From assembly GCF_003334355.1 (NCBI RefSeq), contig NZ_QOWP01000007.1: 64,000 nucleotides of DNA; one strand, written 5' to 3'. The stretch is from Escherichia coli (GTDB taxonomy: Bacteria; Pseudomonadota; Gammaproteobacteria; Enterobacterales; Enterobacteriaceae). A program made the position numbers and the translations under genes. Positions within the stretch are counted from its first letter, which is position 1. The number at the start of each line of letters is the position of its first letter. The notes beneath the pieces are model-generated. The model was not told the origin of the DNA. It searched no databases and worked only from the letters and a program-made list of their open reading frames with translations. Shown here piece by piece: positions 27,431-42,902 of the stretch.

Positions 27431-27444
27431 TACATATCGTTACA
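27431..27444. promoter_or_regulatory. RstA box TACATATCGTTACA in the asr promoter
   Basis: Exact match to the RstA consensus TACATNTNGTTACA about 105 bp upstream of the asr start; asr is a known RstA/PhoB-dependent acid-shock gene. Confidence 0.6.
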
Positions 27445-27547
27445 CGCTGAAACCAACCACTCACGGAAGTCTGCCATTCCCAGGGATATAGTTATTTCAA
27501 CGGCCCCGCAGTGGGGTTAAATGAAAAAACAAATTGAGGGTATGACA

Positions 27548-27856
27548 ATGAAAAAAGTATTAGCTCTGGTTGTTGCCGCTGCTATGGGTCTGTCTTCTGC
27601 CGCCTTTGCTGCAGAGACTACGACCACACCTGCTCCGACTGCGACGACCACCAAAGCAGCGCCGGCGAAAACTACACATCATAAAAAACAGCATAAAGCA
27701 GCACCTGCCCAGAAAGCGCAGGCGGCTAAAAAGCATCATAAAAATACGAAAGCTGAACAGAAAGCCCCTGAACAAAAAGCGCAGGCAGCGAAGAAACACG
27801 CCAAGAAACACAGCCATCAGCAACCGGCAAAACCTGCTGCACAACCCGCAGCGTAA
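27548..27856 (+). CDS. asr: Acid shock protein Asr (periplasmic, Lys/His/Ala-rich)
   Basis: 102 aa from [21 protein letters not shown]; low-complexity [10 protein letters not shown] repeats. Confidence 0.88.
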   Translation: MKKVLALVVAAAMGLSSAAFAAETTTTPAPTATTTKAAPAKTTHHKKQHKAAPAQKAQAAKKHHKNTKAEQKAPEQKAQAAKKHAKKHSHQQPAKPAAQPAA

Positions 27857-27948
27857 GTTTTCAACAGTAATGCTGGCGCGCCCCCTCGCGCCTGAAAATT
27901 ACGGTGCTAAGCGGGTAACGTTTAGCACCGCCTTTAGCGGAGGGTAGT

Positions 27949-28032
27949 ATGGTGGGCCGTTATCGCTTTGAGTTCATTCTGATCATCCTTATTTTATGCG
28001 CACTGATTGCCGCCCGTTTTTATCTTTCCTGA
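27949..28032 (+). CDS. ydgU: Small membrane protein YdgU (27 aa)
   Basis: MVGRYRFEFILIILILCALIAARFYLS; not in the ORF track because of its size. Confidence 0.6.
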   Translation: MVGRYRFEFILIILILCALIAARFYLS

Positions 28033-28131
28033 TTGTAGTTATCTGATTTTACTCCCACTTTCATCCCGTCCCGTCTATAGTATTTATGAGGGTTTGCTTT
28101 TAATAATCATAATTACCCACCAGAGTGTGAT

Positions 28132-28953
28132 ATGCGTACAACCATTGCTGTAGTGTTGGGTGCAATTAGTTTGACGTCTGCTTTTGTGTTTGCAGATAAA
28201 CCAGACGTTGCCAGATCGGCAAACGATGAGGTCAGCACCCTGTTTTTTGGTCATGATGATCGTGTGCCAGTGAATGACACGACCCAATCACCGTGGGATG
28301 CGGTTGGGCAACTGGAAACGGCCAGCGGCAATTTATGTACGGCGACGCTGATTGCACCCAATCTGGCATTAACGGCAGGACACTGTTTATTGACACCTCC
28401 AAAGGGTAAAGCCGATAAAGCAGTGGCGCTGCGTTTTGTGTCAAATAAAGGTCTTTGGCGCTATGAGATCCACGACATAGAAGGCCGCGTTGATCCGACA
28501 CTGGGAAAGCGGTTAAAAGCAGATGGGGATGGTTGGATTGTACCTCCCGCAGCCGCGCCGTGGGACTTCGGATTGATTGTGCTACGTAATCCCCCTTCTG
28601 GCATTACGCCGTTGCCGTTATTTGAGGGAGATAAAGCCGCGCTTACCGCCGCATTAAAAGCGGCAGGTCGTAAAGTGACTCAGGCAGGCTACCCTGAAGA
28701 TCATCTCGATACGTTGTACAGTCATCAAAACTGTGAAGTGACTGGCTGGGCGCAAACGTCGGTGATGTCACATCAGTGCGATACCTTGCCGGGTGACAGC
28801 GGTTCGCCTCTGATGTTGCATACCGATGACGGCTGGCAATTAATTGGGGTGCAAAGTTCGGCTCCTGCCGCGAAAGATCGCTGGCGTGCCGATAACCGGG
28901 CCATTTCTGTTACCGGTTTTCGCGACAAGCTGGATCAACTGTCGCAAAAATAA
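28132..28953 (+). CDS. ydgD: Secreted trypsin-like serine peptidase YdgD
   Basis: 273 aa with signal peptide; TAGHC (His) and GDSGSPL (Ser) motifs. Confidence 0.88.
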
Positions 28954-28965
28954 TGTTCAAACGCT

Positions 28966-28987
28966 GCCCGACAGCGCGGGCAGCGTC
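28966..28987. terminator. Hairpin CGCTGCCCG-ACAG-CGGGCAGCG between convergent ydgD and mdtI
   Basis: Perfect 9-bp stem; T-rich on the minus-strand side. Confidence 0.5.
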
Positions 28988-28991
28988 TTCA

Positions 28992-29321
28992 TCAGGCAAG
29001 TTTCACCATGATCATTCCAGCCAACAGCAAGACCAGGCCAATCCAGCCTTTACGATTTAACCGTTGACCAAACAAGATCCAACCTGCGGCTAACGTGGCG
29101 GCAATACCAAACCCGCCCCACAATGCATAAGCGACAGACAAGTCGATCCCTTTAACGGCTTGAGAAAGCGCACTAAAGGCAGCCAGCACCGCCGCCAGGG
29201 AGAGCAAGCCAAATATTTTGCGACGAAAGCCGTCAGAAAATTTCAAAAAGACGTTAGCAACGATTTCCAGCACGATTGCCAATGCCAGCCAGGCGGCGTG
29301 AACCCATTCAAACTGCGCCAT
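28992..29321 (-). CDS. mdtI: SMR-family spermidine exporter subunit MdtI
   Basis: 109 aa [32 protein letters not shown]. Confidence 0.9.
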
Positions 29322-29673
29322 GGTTCACCTCCAGTTCAGGTTTACGCGCTTTACGGGTACCTGATTTTATCAACACAATCCCGGCGACCAGGGTGGTTAA
29401 CCCGGCAATTTTCATCAGCGATAAACTTTCGTCGAATAACAAAACGCTAAACAAGGTAATAAATAAAATACCGATACCTTCCCACAGCGCATAAGCTACG
29501 CCTAAGGCGATTTTTTTAACGGCGAAAGAGAGAAATATATACGACAGAGAAATCATCACCAGCATTAAAATAAAGCCGCCATTTCCCTCACTGACGCTCG
29601 CCCATTTCATTGACAGCGTACCGGTAATTTCTGTAGCAATAGCCAGACCTAATAAAATCCAATAAATATACAT
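29308..29673 (-). CDS. mdtJ: SMR-family spermidine exporter subunit MdtJ
   Basis: 121 aa [27 protein letters not shown]; overlaps mdtI start. Confidence 0.9.
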
Positions 29674-30084
29674 TGTCCTTCTCCTGCAAGAGAATTATTT
29701 TAATTTTCGCTTAATTCAGCGAAACCAAAGTAAAGTGGTCAAGCCCCGCGCATAGCGCAAGCTTTGGCAGAAGAAAGGACTAAAGCGCGTTGCGCCAGTG
29801 CTGCTCACCTACGAGCAAGATAGTGGATGAGGTACGAAGATGGGTAAATGTAGAAAATAACGTCCTGAACAAATTGTCCATAATATTACAATTATCCGCA
29901 GTGTTGCTTCTCGTCATCGCGGATGATAATTGTCCTCGGTAGTTGAACACGCCTGATTTGTATCATAGCTTAAGAATTAACTCAAAATATTTTCACTTCT
30001 TTACCTGAGCGGTTTGATTTTCGTTATGATGACGGAGCGAAAAAGACATTATTATTAGCAAAGGAAGAAAAAACGGGGACAAGC

Positions 30085-31119
30085 ATGGCAAAGCCGATCA
30101 TCACGCTCAATGGCCTAAAAATCGTCATTATGTTGGGAATGCTGGTCATTATTCTCTGCGGTATCCGTTTTGCCGCCGAGATCATAGTGCCGTTTATTCT
30201 CGCATTATTTATTGCTGTTATTCTTAACCCGCTGGTGCAACACATGGTCCGCTGGCGTGTGCCGCGTGTACTGGCGGTGTCGATTTTGATGACCATCATC
30301 GTGATGGCGATGGTGTTGCTATTAGCTTATCTGGGTTCCGCGCTCAACGAGTTGACGCGGACGTTACCGCAATATCGCAACTCTATTATGACGCCGCTGC
30401 AAGCGCTTGAACCGTTGTTGCAACGTGTAGGGATTGACGTCTCAGTTGACCAGCTGGCGCATTATATTGATCCGAACGCGGCGATGACGTTGCTCACCAA
30501 CTTATTGACGCAGTTATCTAATGCCATGTCATCAATATTTTTATTGCTGCTGACGGTGCTGTTTATGCTGCTCGAAGTGCCACAATTGCCCGGAAAATTT
30601 CAGCAAATGATGGCGCGTCCGGTTGAAGGGATGGCGGCGATTCAACGTGCGATTGACAGTGTTTCTCATTATCTGGTGCTGAAAACAGCCATCAGCATCA
30701 TCACCGGCCTGGTCGCCTGGGCGATGCTCGCCGCACTCGATGTTCGCTTCGCTTTTGTCTGGGGATTGCTGGCCTTTGCGCTTAATTACATCCCGAATAT
30801 TGGTTCAGTCCTCGCGGCAATCCCCCCTATCGCTCAGGTACTGGTGTTTAATGGCTTCTACGAAGCGTTGCTGGTGCTGGCGGGATATCTGCTGATTAAT
30901 CTGGTCTTCGGCAATATTCTGGAGCCGCGTATCATGGGGCGTGGGCTGGGGCTTTCCACATTGGTGGTATTTTTGTCGTTGATTTTTTGGGGATGGTTGT
31001 TAGGACCGGTGGGTATGCTGCTTTCCGTGCCGTTGACAATTATTGTCAAAATTGCGCTTGAACAAACAGCGGGAGGTCAAAGCATCGCCGTTCTGTTAAG
31101 CGATCTCAATAAAGAGTGA
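30085..31119 (+). CDS. tqsA: AI-2 transport protein TqsA (YdgG)
   Basis: 344-aa polytopic membrane ORF, AI-2E family. Confidence 0.88.
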
Positions 31120-31120
31120 C

Positions 31121-31138
31121 GGCCTCAGCAGAGGCCGT
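31121..31138. terminator. Hairpin CGGCCTC-AGCA-GAGGCCG between convergent tqsA and pntB
   Basis: Perfect 7-bp stem directly after both stop codons. Confidence 0.45.
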
Positions 31139-31143
31139 CAGGG

Positions 31144-32535
<1,392 letters not shown>

Positions 32536-32542
32536 TTACCCC

Positions 32543-34138
<1,596 letters not shown>

Positions 34139-34598
34139 TCATGTACGAGCTAAATGTTACTCCGTTAAAATAAATTAGTAACAAACGCCCTATAACGTAC
34201 TGAAAATTATGCCTGTGATCTAGCGCCAAAAATCAGTATTTCGGCGTGAACTCGCAAAATATTAACGATTCAGCCGTGATAGTGGGATAAACACCTTAGA
34301 ACGCCGGATAAAGACTGATAATTGTCTTCGACGGTCGGGTAAAACGAGACATCGCCCCGGCACGAATCACTACTTAACATTAAATTAACTTATACAATTC
34401 AGTTGCTTCAGTAGTAATGATGCTGATACGGCTGTTTTTTAAGCATAGACGGTCATTTGAGCAGGATTAAAATTGGCTTAAGGAATGTGATATGAAAAAT
34501 GACGCAGACAGTTACACCGTTTAAATGCAATAATCAGCCACGTTTCTCGTTAATAACAATACCAGTACCTGGTTTGCGCAAGGCGAAGGATTATTTTT

Positions 34599-35543
34599 AT
34601 GAAGCTTAAGAACACCCTCCTGGCGTCGGCACTGCTTTCTGCTACGGCATTCTCCGTTAACGCAGCAACAGAACTGACACCGGAGCAAGCGGCAGCGGTT
34701 AAACCTTTTGACCGTGTAGTGGTTACCGGTCGTTTTAATGCTATTGGCGAAGCGGTGAAAGCCGTTTCTCGTCGCGCAGATAAAGAAGGTGCCGCCTCTT
34801 TTTATGTTGTCGACACTTCTGATTTTGGTAACAGCGGTAACTGGCGTGTGGTCGCTGACCTCTATAAAGCCGATGCTGAAAAAGCAGAAGAAACAAGTAA
34901 TCGCGTAATTAACGGTGTTGTCGAACTGCCGAAAGATCAGGCTGTTCTGATTGAACCGTTTGACACGGTCACCGTCCAGGGCTTCTATCGTAGCCAGCCA
35001 GAAGTCAATGATGCCATCACCAAAGCGGCAAAAGCGAAAGGTGCCTACTCTTTCTACATCGTTCGTCAAATCGATGCCAACCAGGGCGGCAACCAGCGTA
35101 TTACTGCATTCATCTATAAAAAAGATGCTAAGAAACGTATCGTCCAGAGCCCGGATGTGATCCCGGCAGATTCCGAAGCAGGACGTGCAGCTCTGGCTGC
35201 CGGTGGCGAAGCCGCGAAGAAAGTTGAGATCCCGGGTGTTGCGACTACCGCATCACCAAGTTCTGAAGTCGGTCGCTTCTTTGAAACCCAGTCATCAAAA
35301 GGCGGGCGTTACACCGTCACGCTCCCGGATGGCACTAAAGTCGAAGAACTGAACAAAGCGACCGCAGCGATGATGGTCCCGTTCGACAGCATCAAATTCT
35401 CTGGCAACTACGGCAACATGACCGAAGTCTCCTATCAGGTTGCGAAACGTGCCGCGAAGAAAGGTGCTAAGTATTACCACATCACCCGCCAGTGGCAGGA
35501 ACGTGGTAATAACCTGACCGTCAGCGCAGATCTGTATAAATAA
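34599..35543 (+). CDS. ydgH: Periplasmic protein YdgH (three YdgH/BhsA/McbA-like DUF1471 repeats)
   Basis: 314 aa with signal peptide MKLKNTLLASALLSATAFSVNA. Confidence 0.88.
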   Translation: MKLKNTLLASALLSATAFSVNAATELTPEQAAAVKPFDRVVVTGRFNAIGEAVKAVSRRADKEGAASFYVVDTSDFGNSGNWRVVADLYKADAEKAEETSNRVINGVVELPKDQAVLIEPFDTVTVQGFYRSQPEVNDAITKAAKAKGAYSFYIVRQIDANQGGNQRITAFIYKKDAKKRIVQSPDVIPADSEAGRAALAAGGEAAKKVEIPGVATTASPSSEVGRFFETQSSKGGRYTVTLPDGTKVEELNKATAAMMVPFDSIKFSGNYGNMTEVSYQVAKRAAKKGAKYYHITRQWQERGNNLTVSADLYK

Positions 35544-35563
35544 CTATTCAGTTACTCCTATAA

Positions 35564-35592
35564 GGCGGCTTGATGCCGCCTTTCGCATTTTT
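35564..35592 (+). terminator. Rho-independent terminator after ydgH
   Basis: GGCGGC-TTGAT-GCCGCC stem followed by TTTCGCATTTTT. Confidence 0.7.
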
Positions 35593-35728
35593 AGTCACAA
35601 ATTTCCCCGCGACCATTGCATGCAGACACATCTCTTCGTAAAATCCCGCGCTTCAGTGGCAAACTCCATTTTTATGCGTTTTGCCCTAATATTTATTCTT
35701 CTTATCACGTTTTAATCACTGGATATCG

Positions 35729-37111
35729 ATGGAAAAGAAACTGGGACTGAGCGCACTCACCGCGCTGGTATTAAGCTCAATGCTGGGCGCGGGTGTTTTC
35801 AGTCTGCCGCAAAATATGGCGGCAGTTGCCAGCCCGGCAGCACTGCTCATCGGCTGGGGTATTACTGGCGCTGGCATTTTATTGCTGGCCTTTGCCATGC
35901 TGATCCTCACGCGCATTCGTCCCGAACTTGACGGCGGTATCTTTACCTATGCCCGCGAAGGGTTTGGCGAGCTAATCGGCTTTTGTTCCGCATGGGGATA
36001 CTGGCTGTGCGCAGTCATCGCCAACGTCTCCTATCTGGTGATCGTTTTTTCCGCGTTAAGCTTTTTTACGGACACGCCGGAATTGCGCCTGTTTGGCGAT
36101 GGTAATACCTGGCAATCGATAGTCGGTGCATCGGCTTTATTGTGGATTGTTCACTTTTTGATCCTGCGCGGGGTGCAAACCGCTGCCAGCATTAACCTGG
36201 TGGCGACACTGGCAAAATTGTTGCCGCTGGGTCTGTTTGTTGTGCTGGCGATGATGATGTTCAAACTGGATACCTTCAAGCTCGACTTCACCGGACTTGC
36301 ACTTGGCGTACCCGTTTGGGAACAGGTGAAAAACACCATGCTGATCACCCTGTGGGTTTTCATTGGTGTGGAAGGTGCCGTGGTTGTTTCTGCGCGTGCG
36401 CGTAATAAACGTGATGTTGGCAAAGCGACACTGCTGGCGGTTCTCTCCGCTCTGGGCGTTTACTTGCTGGTAACGCTGCTTTCGCTGGGTGTGGTGGCAC
36501 GTCCTGAACTGGCTGAAATTCGTAACCCGTCAATGGCCGGTCTGATGGTGGAAATGATGGGACCATGGGGCGAAATCATCATCGCTGCCGGTTTGATCGT
36601 TTCCGTTTGCGGCGCGTACTTAAGCTGGACCATCATGGCAGCAGAAGTACCGTTCCTGGCCGCCACTCATAAAGCATTCCCGCGCATTTTTGCGCGCCAG
36701 AACGCACAAGCTGCGCCATCCGCCTCACTGTGGTTGACCAACATCTGCGTGCAAATTTGTCTGGTACTCATCTGGCTGACCGGTTCCGATTACAACACGT
36801 TGCTGACCATCGCCTCAGAAATGATTCTGGTGCCCTATTTCCTGGTCGGCGCGTTCTTGCTGAAAATCGCAACCCGTCCACTGCATAAAGCGGTAGGTGT
36901 CGGTGCCTGCATTTATGGCTTATGGTTATTGTACGCCTCTGGTCCAATGCACTTGCTGTTATCCGTTGTTCTGTATGCACCGGGGCTGCTGGTTTTCCTG
37001 TACGCGCGCAAAACGCATACCCATGATAATGTACTGAACCGTCAGGAAATGGTGCTGATTGGCATGCTGTTAATTGCCTCAGTTCCGGCGACCTGGATGC
37101 TGGTGGGATAA
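35729..37111 (+). CDS. ydgI: APC-family amino-acid antiporter (putative arginine:ornithine antiporter)
   Basis: 460-aa polytopic ORF MEKKLGLSALTALVLSSMLGAGVFSLPQNMA. Confidence 0.88.
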   Translation: MEKKLGLSALTALVLSSMLGAGVFSLPQNMAAVASPAALLIGWGITGAGILLLAFAMLILTRIRPELDGGIFTYAREGFGELIGFCSAWGYWLCAVIANVSYLVIVFSALSFFTDTPELRLFGDGNTWQSIVGASALLWIVHFLILRGVQTAASINLVATLAKLLPLGLFVVLAMMMFKLDTFKLDFTGLALGVPVWEQVKNTMLITLWVFIGVEGAVVVSARARNKRDVGKATLLAVLSALGVYLLVTLLSLGVVARPELAEIRNPSMAGLMVEMMGPWGEIIIAAGLIVSVCGAYLSWTIMAAEVPFLAATHKAFPRIFARQNAQAAPSASLWLTNICVQICLVLIWLTGSDYNTLLTIASEMILVPYFLVGAFLLKIATRPLHKAVGVGACIYGLWLLYASGPMHLLLSVVLYAPGLLVFLYARKTHTHDNVLNRQEMVLIGMLLIASVPATWMLVG

Positions 37112-37147
37112 CGTTCATCCCATCGTTGGATAGCAAAGGAGATAACG

Positions 37148-37870
37148 ATGGGTAAAACCCAGCCCTTGCCAATATTAATTACTGGCGGAGGTCGTCGCAT
37201 CGGCCTCGCCCTCGCATGGCATTTCATTAATCAAAAGCAACCGGTGATTGTCAGCTATCGGACACACTATCCAGCCATTGATGGACTGATTAATGCAGGT
37301 GCGCAGTGTATTCAGGCTGATTTTTCGACCAACGACGGTGTGATGGCGTTTGCCGATGAAGTACTAAAAAGCACCCATGGTCTGCGTGCTATTTTGCATA
37401 ACGCCAGTGCGTGGATGGCGGAAAAACCGGGTGCGCCACTGGCCGACGTACTGGCTTGCATGATGCAGATCCACGTTAATACCCCATACCTGCTCAACCA
37501 TGCGCTGGAAAGATTACTGCGTGGGCACGGACACGCCGCCAGCGATATCATTCACTTTACCGATTATGTGGTGGAGCGCGGTAGCGACAAACATATTGCG
37601 TATGCTGCAAGCAAAGCGGCACTGGATAATATGACCCGCTCGTTTGCCCGCAAGCTGGCACCGGAAGTGAAAGTGAATTCTATTGCGCCATCGCTGATCC
37701 TGTTTAATGAACATGATGATGCCGAATATCGACAACAGGCGCTGAATAAATCACTGATGAAAACCGCGCCTGGCGAGAAAGAAGTGATCGACCTGGTCGA
37801 TTACTTACTTACCAGTTGCTTTGTCACCGGACGCAGTTTCCCACTTGATGGCGGTCGTCATCTGCGTTAA
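37148..37870 (+). CDS. folM: Dihydromonapterin / dihydrofolate reductase FolM (SDR family)
   Basis: 240 aa; ILITGGGRRIGLALA glycine-rich motif. Confidence 0.9.
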   Translation: MGKTQPLPILITGGGRRIGLALAWHFINQKQPVIVSYRTHYPAIDGLINAGAQCIQADFSTNDGVMAFADEVLKSTHGLRAILHNASAWMAEKPGAPLADVLACMMQIHVNTPYLLNHALERLLRGHGHAASDIIHFTDYVVERGSDKHIAYAASKAALDNMTRSFARKLAPEVKVNSIAPSLILFNEHDDAEYRQQALNKSLMKTAPGEKEVIDLVDYLLTSCFVTGRSFPLDGGRHLR

Positions 37871-38202
37871 TGCAGCTTTATCCAGCATATAATCAACACC
37901 CATGCGCTTATCCCCCAACACGCAACAGAACCAACAAAAGCGGCGGGCAAGCGCATCATTCCGGTGAAATACCACAGCGACACCAGGTAAACAAAATAGG
38001 GAATAATCGACCACATACTAAAAATGATGGTTGCGCGTAAGGCTTCAATGCCGCGTTCGCTGGCAACAATATAATGCGCGATAAGCGCAAAGGTCGGGAA
38101 AAGTGGAATCAGCCCGGCGATATAATAATTTTTCGTTTTTGCTAAAACACCAATCAACAGCACTACCAGCGCACCGAGCGCGGCTTTGATTACCAGCCCC
38201 AT
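37867..38202 (-). CDS. ydgC: GlpM-family inner-membrane protein YdgC
   Basis: 111-aa hydrophobic ORF convergent with folM (4-nt overlap). Confidence 0.85.
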   Translation of the reverse strand: MGLVIKAALGALVVLLIGVLAKTKNYYIAGLIPLFPTFALIAHYIVASERGIEALRATIIFSMWSIIPYFVYLVSLWYFTGMMRLPAAFVGSVACWGISAWVLIICWIKLH

Positions 38203-38257
38203 CTTTTTACCTTAACACTTCCATAACAAGTCATCAGTAGAATACCTGATGAAAACT

Positions 38258-38274
38258 TGTTTAGAAACGATTGA
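38258..38274. promoter_or_regulatory. Candidate PhoP box (TGTTTA-N5-GATTGA) upstream of rstA
   Basis: One strong and one weak half-site of (T/G)GTTTA-N5-(T/G)GTTTA; rstA is a known PhoPQ-activated gene. Confidence 0.3.
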
Positions 38275-38330
38275 TAGTAAGTAAAAACAGCGCGGTGTAT
38301 TGTGACGTTTTTATATCTACCGTGAATGTT

Positions 38331-39050
38331 ATGAACACTATCGTATTTGTGGAAGATGATGCGGAAGTCGGTTCACTGATTGCCGCGTACCTGGCAAAAC
38401 ATGATATGCAGGTTACCGTAGAGCCGCGCGGCGACCAGGCCGAAGAAACCATTTTGCGAGAAAATCCGGATTTGGTGTTACTCGACATCATGCTACCAGG
38501 CAAGGACGGCATGACCATTTGTCGTGATTTACGCGCAAAGTGGTCTGGACCGATTGTTCTTCTAACCTCTCTCGATAGCGATATGAACCACATCCTGGCA
38601 CTGGAAATGGGTGCCTGCGACTATATTCTCAAAACGACGCCCCCTGCTGTTTTGCTAGCGCGTTTACGTTTGCATTTGCGTCAGAATGAGCAAGCCACAC
38701 TGACCAAAGGTCTTCAGGAAACGTCTCTGACTCCCTACAAAGCCCTGCATTTCGGCACGTTGACCATCGATCCCATCAACCGCGTAGTCACCCTGGCTAA
38801 CACTGAAATCTCGCTCTCGACAGCTGATTTCGAATTATTGTGGGAATTAGCTACCCATGCCGGGCAAATCATGGACCGCGATGCATTGCTGAAAAATTTA
38901 CGCGGCGTCAGTTATGACGGACTGGATCGTAGCGTGGACGTGGCTATTTCGCGGTTAAGAAAAAAACTACTCGATAACGCCGCAGAACCTTATCGCATTA
39001 AAACCGTGCGTAACAAAGGCTATCTTTTTGCGCCTCATGCATGGGAATAA
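38331..39050 (+). CDS. rstA: OmpR-family response regulator RstA
   Basis: 239 aa from MNTIVFVEDDAEVGSLIAAYLAKHDMQV; the track ORF is extended upstream to 38271. Confidence 0.9.
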   Translation: MNTIVFVEDDAEVGSLIAAYLAKHDMQVTVEPRGDQAEETILRENPDLVLLDIMLPGKDGMTICRDLRAKWSGPIVLLTSLDSDMNHILALEMGACDYILKTTPPAVLLARLRLHLRQNEQATLTKGLQETSLTPYKALHFGTLTIDPINRVVTLANTEISLSTADFELLWELATHAGQIMDRDALLKNLRGVSYDGLDRSVDVAISRLRKKLLDNAAEPYRIKTVRNKGYLFAPHAWE

Positions 39051-39053
39051 GCG

Positions 39054-40355
39054 ATGAAAAAATTGTTTATCCAGTTTTACCTGTTATTGTTTGTCTGCTT
39101 CCTTGTGATGTCTCTGCTGGTTGGGCTGGTGTACAAATTTACCGCCGAACGCGCGGGCAAACAGTCGCTGGATGATTTGATGAACAGTTCGCTGTATCTG
39201 ATGCGCAGCGAATTGCGTGAGATCCCCCCACACGACTGGGGTAAGACGCTGAAAGAGATGGATTTAAATCTCTCTTTCGATCTGCGTGTCGAGCCACTGA
39301 GTAAATACCATCTTGATGATATTTCCATGCACCGACTGCGTGGCGGCGAAATTGTCGCCCTGGACGATCAGTACACGTTTTTGCAGCGTATCCCGCGCAG
39401 CCACTACGTGCTGGCAGTTGGTCCTGTTCCTTATCTTTATTACCTCCATCAAATGCGATTGCTGGATATCGCCCTGATCGCTTTTATTGCTATTTCCCTC
39501 GCCTTTCCGGTGTTTATCTGGATGCGTCCGCACTGGCAGGATATGTTAAAACTGGAAGCAGCGGCGCAACGATTTGGCGATGGGCATCTCAATGAACGTA
39601 TCCACTTTGATGAGGGTTCGAGCTTTGAACGACTTGGCGTCGCATTTAACCAGATGGCGGACAATATCAACGCCTTAATTGCCAGCAAAAAACAGCTTAT
39701 TGACGGTATCGCTCACGAACTGCGAACACCGTTAGTGCGCCTGCGTTATCGACTGGAGATGAGCGATAACCTGAGCGCCGCCGAATCCCAGGCGTTGAAT
39801 CGTGATATCAGTCAACTTGAAGCTTTAATTGAAGAGCTGCTGACTTATGCCCGACTCGATCGCCCACAAAACGAGCTTCATCTTAGCGAACCAGACCTGC
39901 CGTTGTGGCTGTCAACGCATCTGGCAGATATTCAGGCAGTAACGCCCGATAAAACGGTACGGATAAAAACGCTCATGCAAGGCCATTATGCGGCGTTGGA
40001 TATGCGCTTAATGGAGCGCGTGCTGGATAATTTGCTCAATAACGCCCTGCGCTACTGCCATTCAACGGTTGAAACCAGCCTGCTACTGTCGGGGAATAAA
40101 GCGACATTAATTGTTGAGGATGATGGCTCAGGGATTGCCCCAGAAAACCGCGAACATATCTTTGAACCTTTTGTTCGCCTCGATCCCAGCCGGGGTCGCT
40201 CAACCGGCGGCTGCGGGCTGGGACTGGCAATTGTCCACTCTATAGCACTGGCAATGGGCGGTACGGTTAATTGTGGCACCAGCGAACTGGGTGGTGCCCG
40301 CTTCTCGTTTAGCTGGCCGTTATGGCATAACATCCCGCAATTTACCTCTGCTTGA
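39054..40355 (+). CDS. rstB: Sensor histidine kinase RstB
   Basis: 433 aa; H-box GIAHELRTPL and ATP-binding G-boxes. Confidence 0.9.
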   Translation: MKKLFIQFYLLLFVCFLVMSLLVGLVYKFTAERAGKQSLDDLMNSSLYLMRSELREIPPHDWGKTLKEMDLNLSFDLRVEPLSKYHLDDISMHRLRGGEIVALDDQYTFLQRIPRSHYVLAVGPVPYLYYLHQMRLLDIALIAFIAISLAFPVFIWMRPHWQDMLKLEAAAQRFGDGHLNERIHFDEGSSFERLGVAFNQMADNINALIASKKQLIDGIAHELRTPLVRLRYRLEMSDNLSAAESQALNRDISQLEALIEELLTYARLDRPQNELHLSEPDLPLWLSTHLADIQAVTPDKTVRIKTLMQGHYAALDMRLMERVLDNLLNNALRYCHSTVETSLLLSGNKATLIVEDDGSGIAPENREHIFEPFVRLDPSRGRSTGGCGLGLAIVHSIALAMGGTVNCGTSELGGARFSFSWPLWHNIPQFTSA

Positions 40356-40397
40356 CACTACGCGCACGGTGGTCAAGTCACCACCACTGTGCTATAA

Positions 40398-42760
<2,363 letters not shown>

Positions 42761-42869
42761 GACCTGCTCCTCACCTGATTAATTTTTTCTTTCTGTTTTG
42801 CTTTCGTTAAGCAACTTTTAGCTCACTTATTATTTACCATTTGATAACAAATGTTTGGTCTTTCGTGCC

Positions 42870-42899
42870 ATGTAAAAAAACCGCCCCGAAGGGCGGCTC
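42870..42899 (-). terminator. Rho-independent terminator after fumA
   Basis: Minus-strand GCCGCCC-TTCG-GGGCGG followed by TTTTTTT. Confidence 0.75.
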
Positions 42900-42902
42900 T
42901 GT

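Noticed and set aside
27560-27947. Two alternative-frame ORFs (94 aa minus, 125 aa plus) overlapping asr
   Set aside because: Artefacts of the low-complexity Ala/Lys/Gln repeat coding of asr; the asr frame has the signal peptide and recognisable product.
34521-35069. 182-aa minus-strand ORF overlapping ydgH
   Set aside because: Antisense to the signal-peptide-containing ydgH ORF; Cys/Arg-rich composition typical of spurious frames.
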